Shown here piece after piece: positions 1 to 10,239 of a DNA stretch of 56,483 nt. A program made the position numbers and the translations under genes. Source of the DNA: a virus (Duplodnaviria > Caudoviricetes); the IMG/VR virus record IMGVR_UViG_3300031227_000050, positions 1 through 56,483 of that record, one strand, 5' to 3'. Each line of letters opens with the position of its first letter. Within the stretch, counting starts at the first letter, position 1. Under the pieces are notes generated by a model. That model was not told where the DNA came from. It saw nothing but the letters and a program-made list of their open reading frames with translations, and searched no databases.

Positions 1-263
1 TCATCAGTTTTATGTCCAATAGAAGATACTTGAGCATCAATACCAATCGTTTTTAAGACCTTATTAACCAACCTAATTATTTTTGTAGTCTTACTTATAA
101 TATCATTTTTGTCTAAATGAAATCCCATAGCTTTGATTGTTATGGTGGTTTCAGGTGGAAATACTACTGACCGTGCAGCGGTGCAGACTACCTTTTGTCC
201 TTGTGGTCCTGGGACCAGTTCGGCAGCTTGTTGCATAGCTATAGCATCTATTATTTCAAACAT
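1..263 (-). CDS. hypothetical protein, runs off window edge
   Basis: ATG at 263 opens MFEIIDAIAMQQAAELVPG..., with no stop before position 1. Confidence 0.6.
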   Translation of the reverse strand, partial: MFEIIDAIAMQQAAELVPGPQGQKVVCTAARSVVFPPETTITIKAMGFHLDKNDIISKTTKIIRLVNKVLKTIGIDAQVSSIGHKTD

Positions 264-352
264 TTCTTTTCTCCAAATATCTTTTTCCAGTTTTTCTCAA
301 ACCGCTTCTTTGTTATATACATGGGTCTGCGTTTACTACCTTTACCGTTCAT
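251..352 (-). CDS. small basic phage protein (33 aa)
   Basis: MNGKGSKRRPMYITKKRFEKNWKKIFG..., resembles the recurrent GKGSKRRP...NW..IF mini-protein of large phages; ATGA-coupled to the upstream gene. Confidence 0.55.
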   Translation of the reverse strand: MNGKGSKRRPMYITKKRFEKNWKKIFGEKKCLK

Positions 353-762
353 ACCTCATATACCCATACTTGTAAACCGTATTGTTTAGCCTTGTTAATC
401 ATGTCGGTGGTGCCATGTGAATCACCCTTAATGATAGCTAATAAACAATCTCCGTATTTAGCCATCTTCTCATTCCTATCAAAACCCGCCTTAGCATTAT
501 ACTTACCATATGGACCCGTTTTAATAACAGCGCCCTTAGCTTTTAAATCGTCCCACTTAGCTGGGAATTCTTTAACCTTTAGATTGTTGTTGTTTGCCCA
601 AATACCACCTGTAGTATCTATGCCTCTAGCGGCACCGTGTACTACCTCTGTAATATCTTTTACTACTAGTGGTGGGTCACAGGATTCAGCGTAAGCAATA
701 GCTTTTTGTACCCATGAATATTCAGAGAGTGTTCTAGTACCTGCTATAATAAGTTTCATCAT
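349..762 (-). CDS. SLOG-family (DUF2493/YspA-like) protein
   Basis: IIAGTR, VVHGAARGID, AGFDRNEKMA and SHGTTDMI motifs. Confidence 0.8.
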   Translation of the reverse strand: MMKLIIAGTRTLSEYSWVQKAIAYAESCDPPLVVKDITEVVHGAARGIDTTGGIWANNNNLKVKEFPAKWDDLKAKGAVIKTGPYGKYNAKAGFDRNEKMAKYGDCLLAIIKGDSHGTTDMINKAKQYGLQVWVYEV

Positions 763-1823
763 ACTGCTCCTGGGGCTTGGTAATCTGTGACACTGTAACC
801 TGGTTTACTCATGTGTTCTATAATGGTTGGCATAGAGCGGTGTTTAAAACAATACCTCAACTGTTCACACTTTGTCATCTTTGTGCCACATGGACATACT
901 TGTCCTGCTCGTTTTTCTATTAATGGTTTAACATTAGTATCTTCAAATGTAGATTTACCAAAATAACAAAAGCCCTTACACTTCCATGAGCGAGTAACTT
1001 TTGGCCAAGCGGTATCTCTAATTTTCTGAAATTTGTTACGTAACATATCTATAGTATCAGGAATATCTTCCCTGGTAAATGGTATAGTAAATGGTCCACC
1101 ATGATTAATGTAATGAATAGTAACAAAAACATTATCAACATGTGGATATAGTAGGTGTGTTGCGTAGTGGTACATTCTTAGTTGCGCATTGGAGAACAAA
1201 CTCTCGTGTGTGTACTCTTCTCCAGTAGCCCAGTTTTTTCTTAGGCCAGTTTTCCAGTCAACAATCTCATAGGTTTCGGGTGTCACCTGAGTAATAGTAT
1301 CAATAGTACCCTTAATAGCAAATTGTCCCTCGACCTTTTTACCACCTAACTCATAAGAATATGTTGCCCACTTATCAGGAAACTCTATGTCAAAAAATGG
1401 TTCCGCATCAACAATAGTCATAGTACGTGGGTCAAATTGTGTACCTAGTACCTTATTGACACTATTAATACAAAAATCATAGTCCTTCTTAGACCAGTTA
1501 TGATGTGAAAATGCTTTAGAAAAGTAATCAAACGAACGAGAGGTTAATGTTTCTGGGTCTGTATCAATAGTTACAGTAATACCTAAATCGTTATCACGGA
1601 AGGATTTCTTTCCGTTTTGATTTGCTTTCTTTGCATTGGAAAAAGTCTCCATAACCTTATGAACTATAGTACCCTTATCAGCCGCCATGTTAGATGGTCC
1701 AGATAGACCTAAGATATATTCACCAAAATATTTCATCTCGCACATATCGTGACTTCCGTATCCACTGCTGCGCAAATATGTGATTGGAATAGCCATTAAT
1801 TTCCTTATATGTTTGTAAGCCAA
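759..1823 (-). CDS. PD-(D/E)XK exonuclease, RecB/AddB/Cas4-like
   Basis: GTIVHKVME, KGTIDTI, IVDWKTG, QLRMY motifs; N-terminal Cys plus C-terminal Cys cluster. Confidence 0.8.
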   Translation of the reverse strand: MAYKHIRKLMAIPITYLRSSGYGSHDMCEMKYFGEYILGLSGPSNMAADKGTIVHKVMETFSNAKKANQNGKKSFRDNDLGITVTIDTDPETLTSRSFDYFSKAFSHHNWSKKDYDFCINSVNKVLGTQFDPRTMTIVDAEPFFDIEFPDKWATYSYELGGKKVEGQFAIKGTIDTITQVTPETYEIVDWKTGLRKNWATGEEYTHESLFSNAQLRMYHYATHLLYPHVDNVFVTIHYINHGGPFTIPFTREDIPDTIDMLRNKFQKIRDTAWPKVTRSWKCKGFCYFGKSTFEDTNVKPLIEKRAGQVCPCGTKMTKCEQLRYCFKHRSMPTIIEHMSKPGYSVTDYQAPGAV

Positions 1824-2665
1824 CCGCTATCAATGAGTGCTTGTTGGACTAAGTGATTTTGTTGCAATACTGTTACTGGTTTCTCATTATCAATTATCCA
1901 ATCAAATTTATTCCAATCAAACTTATCTTTGTCAAGCGCAGTTTCACTTTCATGTACATCCTCACCCTTAAAAGGATTGCGCGTCAACCTCATGACTTTA
2001 CCACCGGCCTCTTGTATACCCTGAACCTCATTGGGGAATCTTACATCTGTAATCACCGCAAACGCAGAGTTGTCTTCTTTAATTTGGAGAAGAGTAGATG
2101 CTACCCACACATCACCGTACATACGACGAAAGATTTCAGTGCCAATATACTGCATAACATCACGGGCAGTCATTGGACCTGAAATATGAACTATGAGCCC
2201 TTGTGCTGTAACCAATTTTTGTGTATCGTTATAGTCTTTGGGTTCAGTATACATATTCGCCATAGATTTAAGTTGTTCTGGAGTAATAATCCCTGGCATA
2301 TCTTCCCAGCGATATCTAGTTTCACTGTTCTTATCGGCATCAGTACCATAGCATTGTTCATACGTTAGTCCTAACGCACTCATACACACATCCTGTTTCA
2401 GCTTATCCGCATAACTATATAGCTTAATAAACCGGTCTATGTAATTCTTTTTTAAATCATCTATATCTACATTGCGACGATAGTAGTCAAATATACCAGC
2501 GAACCTTGTGTCTTTTAAGATGTCGCTTATCCATAGCTTACCATCGTCCCCAATAACGAACTCTCCATCTACTAACGCTATGCCTTGCATAACTAAACCT
2601 AGTAAAAAATTCGCAGCAGTACTTTTACCACCTTGTTTACAACCCGAAAGTCCCAAAATTGCCAT
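1805..2665 (-). CDS. deoxynucleoside monophosphate kinase
   Basis: GCKQGGKST P-loop, YADKLK, RDVMQYIGTE, ITDVRFPNE, HESE. Confidence 0.85.
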   Translation of the reverse strand: MAILGLSGCKQGGKSTAANFLLGLVMQGIALVDGEFVIGDDGKLWISDILKDTRFAGIFDYYRRNVDIDDLKKNYIDRFIKLYSYADKLKQDVCMSALGLTYEQCYGTDADKNSETRYRWEDMPGIITPEQLKSMANMYTEPKDYNDTQKLVTAQGLIVHISGPMTARDVMQYIGTEIFRRMYGDVWVASTLLQIKEDNSAFAVITDVRFPNEVQGIQEAGGKVMRLTRNPFKGEDVHESETALDKDKFDWNKFDWIIDNEKPVTVLQQNHLVQQALIDSGWLTNI

Positions 2666-2994
2666 TATATTAACCTCTCTATCATAGTGTCGAATGGTAC
2701 ATAATTGACTGCATATTTAGCAGCAATAAATAGTTTCATCATTTCATCTTTATGTGATTCTGTATAAATAATAATATTTCGTACTGCTGGTTGCATAGAT
2801 ATTATCCAGTGAACTAAATATTCGGAGTATGAACCTAAAAGTATTGTGTTAGTATCAACGATAGATTCAAGTGCTGCAATACAAAGTCCGTCTGTATCAA
2901 CATACTGTATAGTAACACCGGTTTGTTTCACAGCCTTTTTAAGTTGCTTACCCCTTTTTACATTAGTGTCGAATACTATCATATTAAATCTCAA
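2665..2994 (-). CDS. degenerate receiver-fold protein (cyclic-phosphate-processing REC-like)
   Basis: IVFDTNVKR...IIIYT...M..LF.AAKY.V.YVPF pattern; lacks the LDHDL motif. Confidence 0.4.
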   Translation of the reverse strand: MRFNMIVFDTNVKRGKQLKKAVKQTGVTIQYVDTDGLCIAALESIVDTNTILLGSYSEYLVHWIISMQPAVRNIIIYTESHKDEMMKLFIAAKYAVNYVPFDTMIERLI

Positions 2995-4195
2995 TTTTAT
3001 ATTGTTCTATTAGTGGTATAAGTAACATTTGTAAGTCGTCTATCGAGGTTGCCCCAACATCATTGTCACCAAGGTCAGGGGTTAAAATATTATATTGGTT
3101 CTTGCAACTCTCTGCGATTGTTGTCCTTGCTACTATACCGGCCTCGTCGGGGTCTGTCAACAAAATAATCGTAAAAGCGCCAGAAGCGTCCAATAAAGTT
3201 TTCTGGCCAGGGGATAATTTTGTACCGAAGGTGGCTATCGAATTATGAATACCGGCATCTTCTAGTCTCAACACATCCTTTGGACCCTCAACTAAGATAA
3301 CTATACCACATTTTTTAATGTGTGTATGAGCCTCCCACAAGTTGTATAACCAATATTCACTTTTAAAATCTGCTGAGTTGCGCCACTTAGCATATTGTGG
3401 TGCATACTCTGGTGATGGACAATCAGTCTCGGGGTTATGCCAAAGTTTACATTCTGGACATCTATCCCAAATGCTTCTACCTATACACCCCACCATAAAC
3501 CTACCGTTCTCTTCATATACTGGGAACACTATACGTTCTGACATTGGCTTATTAGGTGTAGTACATAATCCCACGTCATATTTATCTAATGTTGCAGAAG
3601 AAAATCCCAACTCTAAGAATGGTTTAGCTGGAATCTCTAGTTTATTGCGAATTTGTGCTCTACTAACGGTATAGGCGGCCTTGGGACGCTGACTTGTAAA
3701 GATATGTGCTTGGGATATAAACCTATCTGTGTTAATACTGGCGGAATTTACTAGTAAATTATCATAATTTACATTCAGAAACTTCATACACCAATTGATT
3801 GTGTCCATAAAGCCACATACTTTGTCTCCCTTTTGTACCCATTCATACTCTACCTTAGATAATAATCCCCTCACGAAACCAAGGGCCGAGGGTTGAAATA
3901 TTACTTCACATGCTCTTGTGTTACAGCACCAGTTACCCCTGTGTGTATGGCCCGAGTGATAAAAATTGAGCGCATCAACATTATCTCCATCGTGTATAGG
4001 ACATCTACCTATGTACATCTTAGATGTTTGGCGCATATCTAGGTTAAAATAATGGACCACCTTGTCAAAATTGTCACTAATAGATTGTGATAGTAGGTTT
4101 AACTTGGCCTGTGTCCATTGTTTATTGGAATGGGATATCATTGCCTTCATTGTCCTGAGTAGTGGGGAATCCTGTCTTTTCCTTAGCCTGTTCAA
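2984..4195 (-). CDS. dnaG: DNA primase
   Basis: CPIHDGDN zinc finger, RIVFPV, Toprim LVEGPKDV and DPDEAG; true start probably near 4141-4150. Confidence 0.92.
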   Translation of the reverse strand: MNRLRKRQDSPLLRTMKAMISHSNKQWTQAKLNLLSQSISDNFDKVVHYFNLDMRQTSKMYIGRCPIHDGDNVDALNFYHSGHTHRGNWCCNTRACEVIFQPSALGFVRGLLSKVEYEWVQKGDKVCGFMDTINWCMKFLNVNYDNLLVNSASINTDRFISQAHIFTSQRPKAAYTVSRAQIRNKLEIPAKPFLELGFSSATLDKYDVGLCTTPNKPMSERIVFPVYEENGRFMVGCIGRSIWDRCPECKLWHNPETDCPSPEYAPQYAKWRNSADFKSEYWLYNLWEAHTHIKKCGIVILVEGPKDVLRLEDAGIHNSIATFGTKLSPGQKTLLDASGAFTIILLTDPDEAGIVARTTIAESCKNQYNILTPDLGDNDVGATSIDDLQMLLIPLIEQYKIEI

Positions 4196-5594
4196 TCATC
4201 CACACAACCTTACGCTGCCCCTCAGTAATCTTAGCACATTCACCAACCATATGACAATTGATATAGTCTCCACTTTGAAAATCTGCACCGTGACGAGACA
4301 CCACTGGCACCAACTTACGATTACCAGCGTCCTGACCATCTTCTGCTATTTCTTCGTCTGACTTACGTTTGAAAATAGTAAAGTTGGAACATAACCAAAT
4401 GATTCTATCAGACCCACTGGCCGTATCAGTAGACTCTTTATTGATACCATCTCTGTTAGTTTGCATAAAGGTAAGAAATGGTAGTTGATAGCGCATAGCA
4501 AAGTTATGAAGCGAAGTCATCAAAAAGCCCAATAATTGATACTCTTTCATATCGTTACTAATACCCTCTTGAGTCATTAACTTTAAATAGTCATATACTA
4601 TTACACACGGCTTAGCCTTACCGTCATCGTCAAGTCCCACATTTTTGACCAACCAGCGCCTCATAATAGCTACTTGTTCCTCAAATGGCATACCAGCTAT
4701 GGATAAGTGGTAATATGGTACTTTTTCCTGCTCTATTTTTTTAGCTGCACTTAATACTTTTTCTTTTGTGTCTGGTTTTAAAGCATATTGTCCAGTTTCA
4801 ATGTCGTAGATGTAGCAATCTGTTATCATAGCCAGGGTACGATGCTGGTGGTCCTCTTTACGCATTTCAGTATCCATGTTGAACACTGGAATTCCAGTAG
4901 TATCAGCTATATAATAGCCCATGTTGTCTGAGAGTAATGTTTTCCCCGTTTTGGGCCTAGCTGCAATCACATTAACCGTACCGGGGCGCAAACCCCCACC
5001 TATAGCACTGTCGTATTCTGGGAACCCAGTAGCAATACCAATACTGTCAACTGGATTTTCTCCAAGATAAGTAATATACTCAAGCAGACCATCTCCCAAA
5101 AGAGTTGGTTCGTTATCTTGAGAGTCGTGCAACAACGATGTAAAGTCGAATATAGCATCTTCTGCAATTCCTAATATATGAGTTACTGTTTCATCACCAC
5201 TTAGATTGGTTAGCTTGCCCTTGGCGTCGTCGAGCTGAGTACCTAGTAGTCTGGCGATTTCTAATTTACGAATCTTAGCTGCAAACCTTCTAACATTCTT
5301 TTGAGATACCGGAAAATTAAAGATGGCTTGTAGGTGTTGGGCTTGTTGTCTTGTTTCAAATAGGTGTCCAATGCCCAGTTCAATAGCAGCGGATTGAATG
5401 ATTGGAACATCTATTGTAGCCCCATCATTCTGTTCAAGAACATGGTGTACACAATCATATATAGCCTGATTTTCTGCTATAGTAAACGTAGTAGAAGACA
5501 AAATGTCAACTACATCTAAGTATGAGTCTGAACCATAACGACAAATGCCGGCTAGTACAGCTCTTTCAGCGGGTGCATCTGATAGTACCTTCAT
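4122..5594 (-). CDS. dnaB: replicative DNA helicase
   Basis: AERAVLAG, IATGF..YD..IGGGL, AARPKTGKT, VYDYLKL, QTNRDG. Confidence 0.95.
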   Translation of the reverse strand: MKVLSDAPAERAVLAGICRYGSDSYLDVVDILSSTTFTIAENQAIYDCVHHVLEQNDGATIDVPIIQSAAIELGIGHLFETRQQAQHLQAIFNFPVSQKNVRRFAAKIRKLEIARLLGTQLDDAKGKLTNLSGDETVTHILGIAEDAIFDFTSLLHDSQDNEPTLLGDGLLEYITYLGENPVDSIGIATGFPEYDSAIGGGLRPGTVNVIAARPKTGKTLLSDNMGYYIADTTGIPVFNMDTEMRKEDHQHRTLAMITDCYIYDIETGQYALKPDTKEKVLSAAKKIEQEKVPYYHLSIAGMPFEEQVAIMRRWLVKNVGLDDDGKAKPCVIVYDYLKLMTQEGISNDMKEYQLLGFLMTSLHNFAMRYQLPFLTFMQTNRDGINKESTDTASGSDRIIWLCSNFTIFKRKSDEEIAEDGQDAGNRKLVPVVSRHGADFQSGDYINCHMVGECAKITEGQRKVVWMIEQAKEKTGFPTTQDNEGNDIPFQ

Positions 5595-6130
5595 CTACGC
5601 GTTCTCCCCTCACAATCATCACAAATATATTGTAGTATGCCATTACCGTCTCTATATACTTCATTTGGTAATACGTCATACCAATATTTACAACGACTAC
5701 ATTCTACTTCAATGTATTTGACCTTGTCTCTACGCTGTGTAGGTTGATTACCACCTATTAATTTTTTGTCTATTTCAGTATCGCTTTTATAAGAGTGTTT
5801 TTCGGACATCTGATTAAATTGGTTTTCTCTAGGTCCAGTTTGAAGGCTCTCATTTCTTGTTTGTCTACCAGATGGGCGACCACTAGAGCGCTCTCGTCTA
5901 TGTTCTTGTATATCGAACTCAGGTCTTCTAGGACGGCGACTTCTAGATGTTTTTCTACCCTGTCTGGATGGTGTAACTACTTCCTCATCATCAGGGAGGA
6001 TAAGTTTGCTTTTGCGCTGTTGTTTACGCTTTTTTTCACCCTTGGCTTTGCGTTGAATAAGTTCTAGAACTTCTCCTAAGTCATCTTCTGACAGGCCATT
6101 TAAGATATCTGTTACTGATGGTTTACCCAT
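5591..6130 (-). CDS. basic hypothetical protein with C-terminal Zn ribbon
   Basis: CSRC...CDDC; stop overlaps the dnaB start. Confidence 0.65.
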   Translation of the reverse strand: MGKPSVTDILNGLSEDDLGEVLELIQRKAKGEKKRKQQRKSKLILPDDEEVVTPSRQGRKTSRSRRPRRPEFDIQEHRRERSSGRPSGRQTRNESLQTGPRENQFNQMSEKHSYKSDTEIDKKLIGGNQPTQRRDKVKYIEVECSRCKYWYDVLPNEVYRDGNGILQYICDDCEGRTRR

Positions 6131-6626
6131 AAGATGTTTCCTTTGTGTATTTCGAGCGACGTACATCCATTAATACTTTAGACAAAAAGTTGATACCTTC
6201 AGATAATCCTGTAAGTCGTTGTATTCTATGATTAGCATGTTTTACCATGTCGTGAACTTTTTGGGCGAAAGCATTTTCTTTTGCAAGTAGTGCAAACTTT
6301 AACTCATGTTTAGTATATTGACCATAGTTGTCTTTAACATCAGCAAGCAATTCTCTTAGAATGGCTTCAGCCCACAGTTGATTACTACGCTCTGTATTGT
6401 ATAATCTTGTAATGTAAAACGAAAATTGTGCCAAGCGATATGCTATAGCAGCACAGTCTTCTACAGATAATGAAAGTATCGAAATCTTATCCATAGTTAA
6501 ATAGCCATTTAATTCAATATCTGTGCCTGGTGCCATGGCTGGTGGCAACCCACAACGCCCTTCGTATTCATCCAATTTTTGTTGAACAGCTTTAATGCGT
6601 TCTTCTGCTGTGATACTATTGGCCAT
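6123..6626 (-). CDS. helical hypothetical protein (possible UvsY-like recombination mediator)
   Basis: all-helical composition, located between recA and dnaB; function inferred from position only. Confidence 0.5.
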   Translation of the reverse strand: MANSITAEERIKAVQQKLDEYEGRCGLPPAMAPGTDIELNGYLTMDKISILSLSVEDCAAIAYRLAQFSFYITRLYNTERSNQLWAEAILRELLADVKDNYGQYTKHELKFALLAKENAFAQKVHDMVKHANHRIQRLTGLSEGINFLSKVLMDVRRSKYTKETSYG

Positions 6627-7032
6627 TAATACGACGCTCCCACTCTTTGTCTGTTTCATTAAATGGTAACTCAATGAAGATAATGTTATTCAAAATACAC
6701 CAGTCTTTCTTCATGTTGTCATTTTTACGAGCTTGCATAAACTTTAACATTGTTCCATGATAATGTGGTACAAACTTGTAGTGTTGTTCACCGTGTACCT
6801 CAACAGCGCAGTGAAGGACAGGGATGTAAAAATCTAAATACAATGTCTTAAATTGAACTGGGGAAAAGGAAACTTCTTCTAAGGTAGATACAGTAGGAAA
6901 CATTCTTTGAAGTAGTTTTCTAGTACGAACATGTAGGCTACTTTTATTACTACTATCTATTTGAATGTCTGCACCAGTGGGTTTCCAAGCGTGTTGGACC
7001 TGTGTTTTTGCTTCCACATATCTAACAAACAT
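6616..7032 (-). CDS. Vsr/DUF559-like endonuclease
   Basis: LYLDFYIP...AVEVHGEQHY...D..K..WC. Confidence 0.75.
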   Translation of the reverse strand: MFVRYVEAKTQVQHAWKPTGADIQIDSSNKSSLHVRTRKLLQRMFPTVSTLEEVSFSPVQFKTLYLDFYIPVLHCAVEVHGEQHYKFVPHYHGTMLKFMQARKNDNMKKDWCILNNIIFIELPFNETDKEWERRINGQ

Positions 7033-8083
7033 TACTTAACCTCATCATTTCTCTAAACTTAGTATGTAAGTCATCGTAAACATCGGGATTTTCTCTCAAA
7101 TATGTAGATGCTTTCTCAGCACCTTGAATTTTTTTGTCACCAATAGTATACCAAGAACCACCCACCTCTACTAAACCGAGGTCTTTGCCAATTTGCAGTA
7201 TTTCATATTCTTTATCTAAGCCATACCCATAACGCAATAAGGAGTCTGCCTTACCTCCAGGCGGTCCTACACTAGAGCTATCACAGACCCAGTGTACTAT
7301 TTGACCCACCTGTGCTTCACCATCCATGAATGGGGTAGAATGCGTAGCTCTTAACTTTACCTCTCTAGCATATTGAACTTTTTGTCCAGAAGACTCTTGC
7401 CATTTTTTCATACTACCAGGTGTTTGGTTAGCATACAGGTGTGTGATACACATGAGTATAGAATTATTGATAGGAAGTACATTACTTAATCTTTTAGTTA
7501 AATTAGATAGCATAAGCGGTACGTCATCACGGATTCTATCACCTATATTAGCATTCATTCTACCAGAACTACATAGTTGTGATATAGAGTCTACTATGAA
7601 TATTGCACCAGGCTTAGTATGAATATATGCTTCTAAAATTTCCAAATAATCTTCTGCATTTAAGATTTTGCCCGGTCTAGACTTAATAACCTGTAGGTGA
7701 TTTTCGTCTGTTAATAGATGTGGTATACCAGCTAAGTCTCTTGCTTTAATGCGTCCCTCTACGTTAAAAAAGTATACTTTACGCCCTACTTTTTTGTCAG
7801 TTAGAGATGATTTATATTCTAATCTTTGTGCTGTTCCACCAAAGTGCAAACACATACTAGTTTTACCTACCTTGGGTGGTCCTGTAACAACTACCATGCC
7901 ACCTTCTTGTATACCACCACCAGTAGCAAGGTCTAGTGTAGGACTGATAGGAATAATCATTCTAGGGGTGTCAATAATTGTTTTACCGCTGACGAATACA
8001 TCATCTCCAAACTTTTTTCTCAAGTGTTTATCAACAGTATCAGGTGTCAACTTAATTTGTTGGTCTTTTTTTTCTTTAGCCAT
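7022..8083 (-). CDS. recA: RecA/UvsX recombinase
   Basis: LDLATGGGI, GPPKVGKT, IVDSISQL, GSWY. Confidence 0.92.
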   Translation of the reverse strand: MAKEKKDQQIKLTPDTVDKHLRKKFGDDVFVSGKTIIDTPRMIIPISPTLDLATGGGIQEGGMVVVTGPPKVGKTSMCLHFGGTAQRLEYKSSLTDKKVGRKVYFFNVEGRIKARDLAGIPHLLTDENHLQVIKSRPGKILNAEDYLEILEAYIHTKPGAIFIVDSISQLCSSGRMNANIGDRIRDDVPLMLSNLTKRLSNVLPINNSILMCITHLYANQTPGSMKKWQESSGQKVQYAREVKLRATHSTPFMDGEAQVGQIVHWVCDSSSVGPPGGKADSLLRYGYGLDKEYEILQIGKDLGLVEVGGSWYTIGDKKIQGAEKASTYLRENPDVYDDLHTKFREMMRLSNVC

Positions 8084-8536
8084 TTAAACCTCGTTATCTA
8101 AATCTTTCAGCTTACCAAGGGGAGTACTACGTACCCTGCGTTGTCGTATTTGTGATATTGTGGCGGGTTTTTCCACTGGCTGTGTTGTAATTTTTTGCAG
8201 ATTTTGCAATTCGGCTAAAACAATCTTGTTATATCGCTCAATCACCGGTATCAACCAGGGTGCGTGTAAAGAATAGATACGACTAGCTTCTTTATCTTGT
8301 AACGCTCTAATGATAGCTTTTTCATGATACTTTTTTAGTAACGTATGGCACTTTCTCAGTTGTGATTTAAAAAAGAGCTGCCACTCTGGTAGATTCCAAA
8401 ACTTAATTGGAAGGTCTACTTTTAGATTGGCAGCCTTTCTTTCACACACACGCTCAATAATATATTGTGCGGCAGTTACAAATTTTTCTGGTGAATAAAG
8501 CGACTGATATCTACTCTTATCAGTTTGCTTTCCCAT
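8084..8536 (-). CDS. hypothetical protein
   Basis: tightly packed ORF in the operon. Confidence 0.65.
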   Translation of the reverse strand: MGKQTDKSRYQSLYSPEKFVTAAQYIIERVCERKAANLKVDLPIKFWNLPEWQLFFKSQLRKCHTLLKKYHEKAIIRALQDKEASRIYSLHAPWLIPVIERYNKIVLAELQNLQKITTQPVEKPATISQIRQRRVRSTPLGKLKDLDNEV

Positions 8537-9084
8537 TACATCATTTCTCCCTCTTTGGGCTTCCATACATGGTCCCTGATTTTACGAGATGGTTTATTAG
8601 ATGAACGTTTCTTAGATTCATCAATTCTTTCAGATGCAGCTTGAGTCATTGCTGCTACTCCACCACGACCACCAGCGGCACGGGTTACCATCAAATCCTT
8701 AGCATTTAAACTACGAATACATAATGCATAAAGTTGGGTTCCATTATCTGGATGAAAATCGAGCTTGCGCAAGACACGCTCAATAATTTCTTTGGCTTCT
8801 GTCTTGTCCAAACCTGCACCCTTTAACTTATGCATGGTTTGTATTCTGGTTTCTTTGTTGATTTCGGCCTTGAATGCGGGTTCTTCATCACTGGCAGTTT
8901 CTTCAGCCTTGAGACGTGTAGCAACGATAGTGTTGATAATACTATCTAATTCTTCGCTAGCATATTTAGAAACTGTAAGTGCTGTTCTATCCAATTCTAC
9001 AGCAATTTCTTCAACAGTCTTGCCATCAGTTAGCATTCCCTTAATTGCGAATTTTTCTGTGTTACTTAGTTTACCCGTTGCCAT
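8536..9084 (-). CDS. helix-turn-helix protein
   Basis: GKTVEEIAVELDRTALTVSKY. Confidence 0.65.
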   Translation of the reverse strand: MATGKLSNTEKFAIKGMLTDGKTVEEIAVELDRTALTVSKYASEELDSIINTIVATRLKAEETASDEEPAFKAEINKETRIQTMHKLKGAGLDKTEAKEIIERVLRKLDFHPDNGTQLYALCIRSLNAKDLMVTRAAGGRGGVAAMTQAASERIDESKKRSSNKPSRKIRDHVWKPKEGEMM

Positions 9085-9578
9085 TATGCCATCTCTCTTT
9101 CAGCTTCGTACAAAGAAGCTTTATTTTTTGTGGTTAAAAATTGAATATATAATGCAAATGCCCTTTTGTTTACTGGGGCAAATTTCATAACCCGTTCTCC
9201 GGCATTATGTTTACCATGTTGTCCTTCGGTTAAGCCAATAGGATTAAAAAATCTAGAGTCGGGACCGACCTTAACATAGTATTTAGTTGCTGTACCTACC
9301 CTAGTTACCATTTTTGCCAACGCTTCTGAGCGATTTTCCGCTTCTTCTACGTTACCATTATCAAATTCTACGTCGTCTAGCATAGGTAGAGGGGTGTTAC
9401 CGAAAATCTCTACGGTTTCAAAAAAATCCTCTTTGCCTCTCATTGTAAATACGACAACAGTTCGTTCTTCATCACCAATGTGTTGCTTATTACTCTGTAC
9501 TGCGCTTTGGTGTTTAGTAGTGTGCATAGAGTTGAACATATCTTTTGGACGTACTCTATGTCTGTTTACCTTTTGCAT
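9084..9578 (-). CDS. hypothetical protein
   Basis: coupled ORF (TAATG overlap). Confidence 0.6.
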   Translation of the reverse strand: MQKVNRHRVRPKDMFNSMHTTKHQSAVQSNKQHIGDEERTVVVFTMRGKEDFFETVEIFGNTPLPMLDDVEFDNGNVEEAENRSEALAKMVTRVGTATKYYVKVGPDSRFFNPIGLTEGQHGKHNAGERVMKFAPVNKRAFALYIQFLTTKNKASLYEAEREMA

Positions 9579-9783
9579 GAATTCGTTCCTTTAGGTTAGT
9601 TAAAAATTGTTTGGTGGCTTCTTGACACTCAGTTAAGCTATCACCACATATAGTAAAAGGTATACTCTCATGATGTTTATCTTTTACCCTTGTGCCCACC
9701 TTACCATCTGGTTGTTTCTCACAAAGCTCATAATAAATTGTAACACAAATCACAGATTGATGAGGAATGTTTGGTTCACTCAT
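9556..9783 (-). CDS. hypothetical protein
   Basis: overlapping coupled ORF. Confidence 0.55.
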   Translation of the reverse strand: MSEPNIPHQSVICVTIYYELCEKQPDGKVGTRVKDKHHESIPFTICGDSLTECQEATKQFLTNLKERIHAKGKQT

Positions 9784-10165
9784 TATTTTTCCTTTTATCT
9801 ATACGAGATTGTTTTTCGCTGACTTGAATATGACCCTGACTATCCCTCTTAACCTGTTCCATGCCAGGACCAAGAGGTATTTCCAGTGGTTTGTTTTTAT
9901 ATGCATTGTTTTCACGATGGATACTTGCTTTTTCATCTGCGCTAAGCTTGTTTGCATTTTTATTAGCCATAGAACCTACAGTTTTAGGTGTAATATCAAC
10001 TACATTACAGTTTTCAGCTACATAATTTCTACGTACAGGTTTACGCTTTTTGCAGGAAGAACAGGTAGGTTTTAGTTGGGATACCTCATTCATTGAGGCT
10101 TTTATCTCGAATTGATGACCGCATCCATTATCGTCTGGGTCACATAGGAAAATATATGTGGGCAT
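9776..10165 (-). CDS. FmdB-family zinc-ribbon protein
   Basis: MPTY.F.C...CGHQFE...CSSC. Confidence 0.8.
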   Translation of the reverse strand: MPTYIFLCDPDDNGCGHQFEIKASMNEVSQLKPTCSSCKKRKPVRRNYVAENCNVVDITPKTVGSMANKNANKLSADEKASIHRENNAYKNKPLEIPLGPGMEQVKRDSQGHIQVSEKQSRIDKRKNNE

Positions 10166-10170
10166 TATAC

Positions 10171-10178
10171 TATACACC
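10171..10178 (-). promoter_or_regulatory. GGTGTATA phage promoter-like motif
   Basis: same motif upstream of genes at 15936-15943, 17109-17116 and 19621-19628; variants at 34117-34124 and 47507-47514. Confidence 0.5.
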
Positions 10179-10239
10179 ACTTTCTATGCCAAAAAGTAAT
10201 CCTTCGGCATCAAATAGGGAGTTTCTTGTAAATTTTCTA

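Noticed and set aside
759-1823. Cas4-like protein as evidence of a CRISPR-Cas system
   Set aside because: No other cas genes and no repeat-spacer array; such nucleases are common stand-alone phage genes
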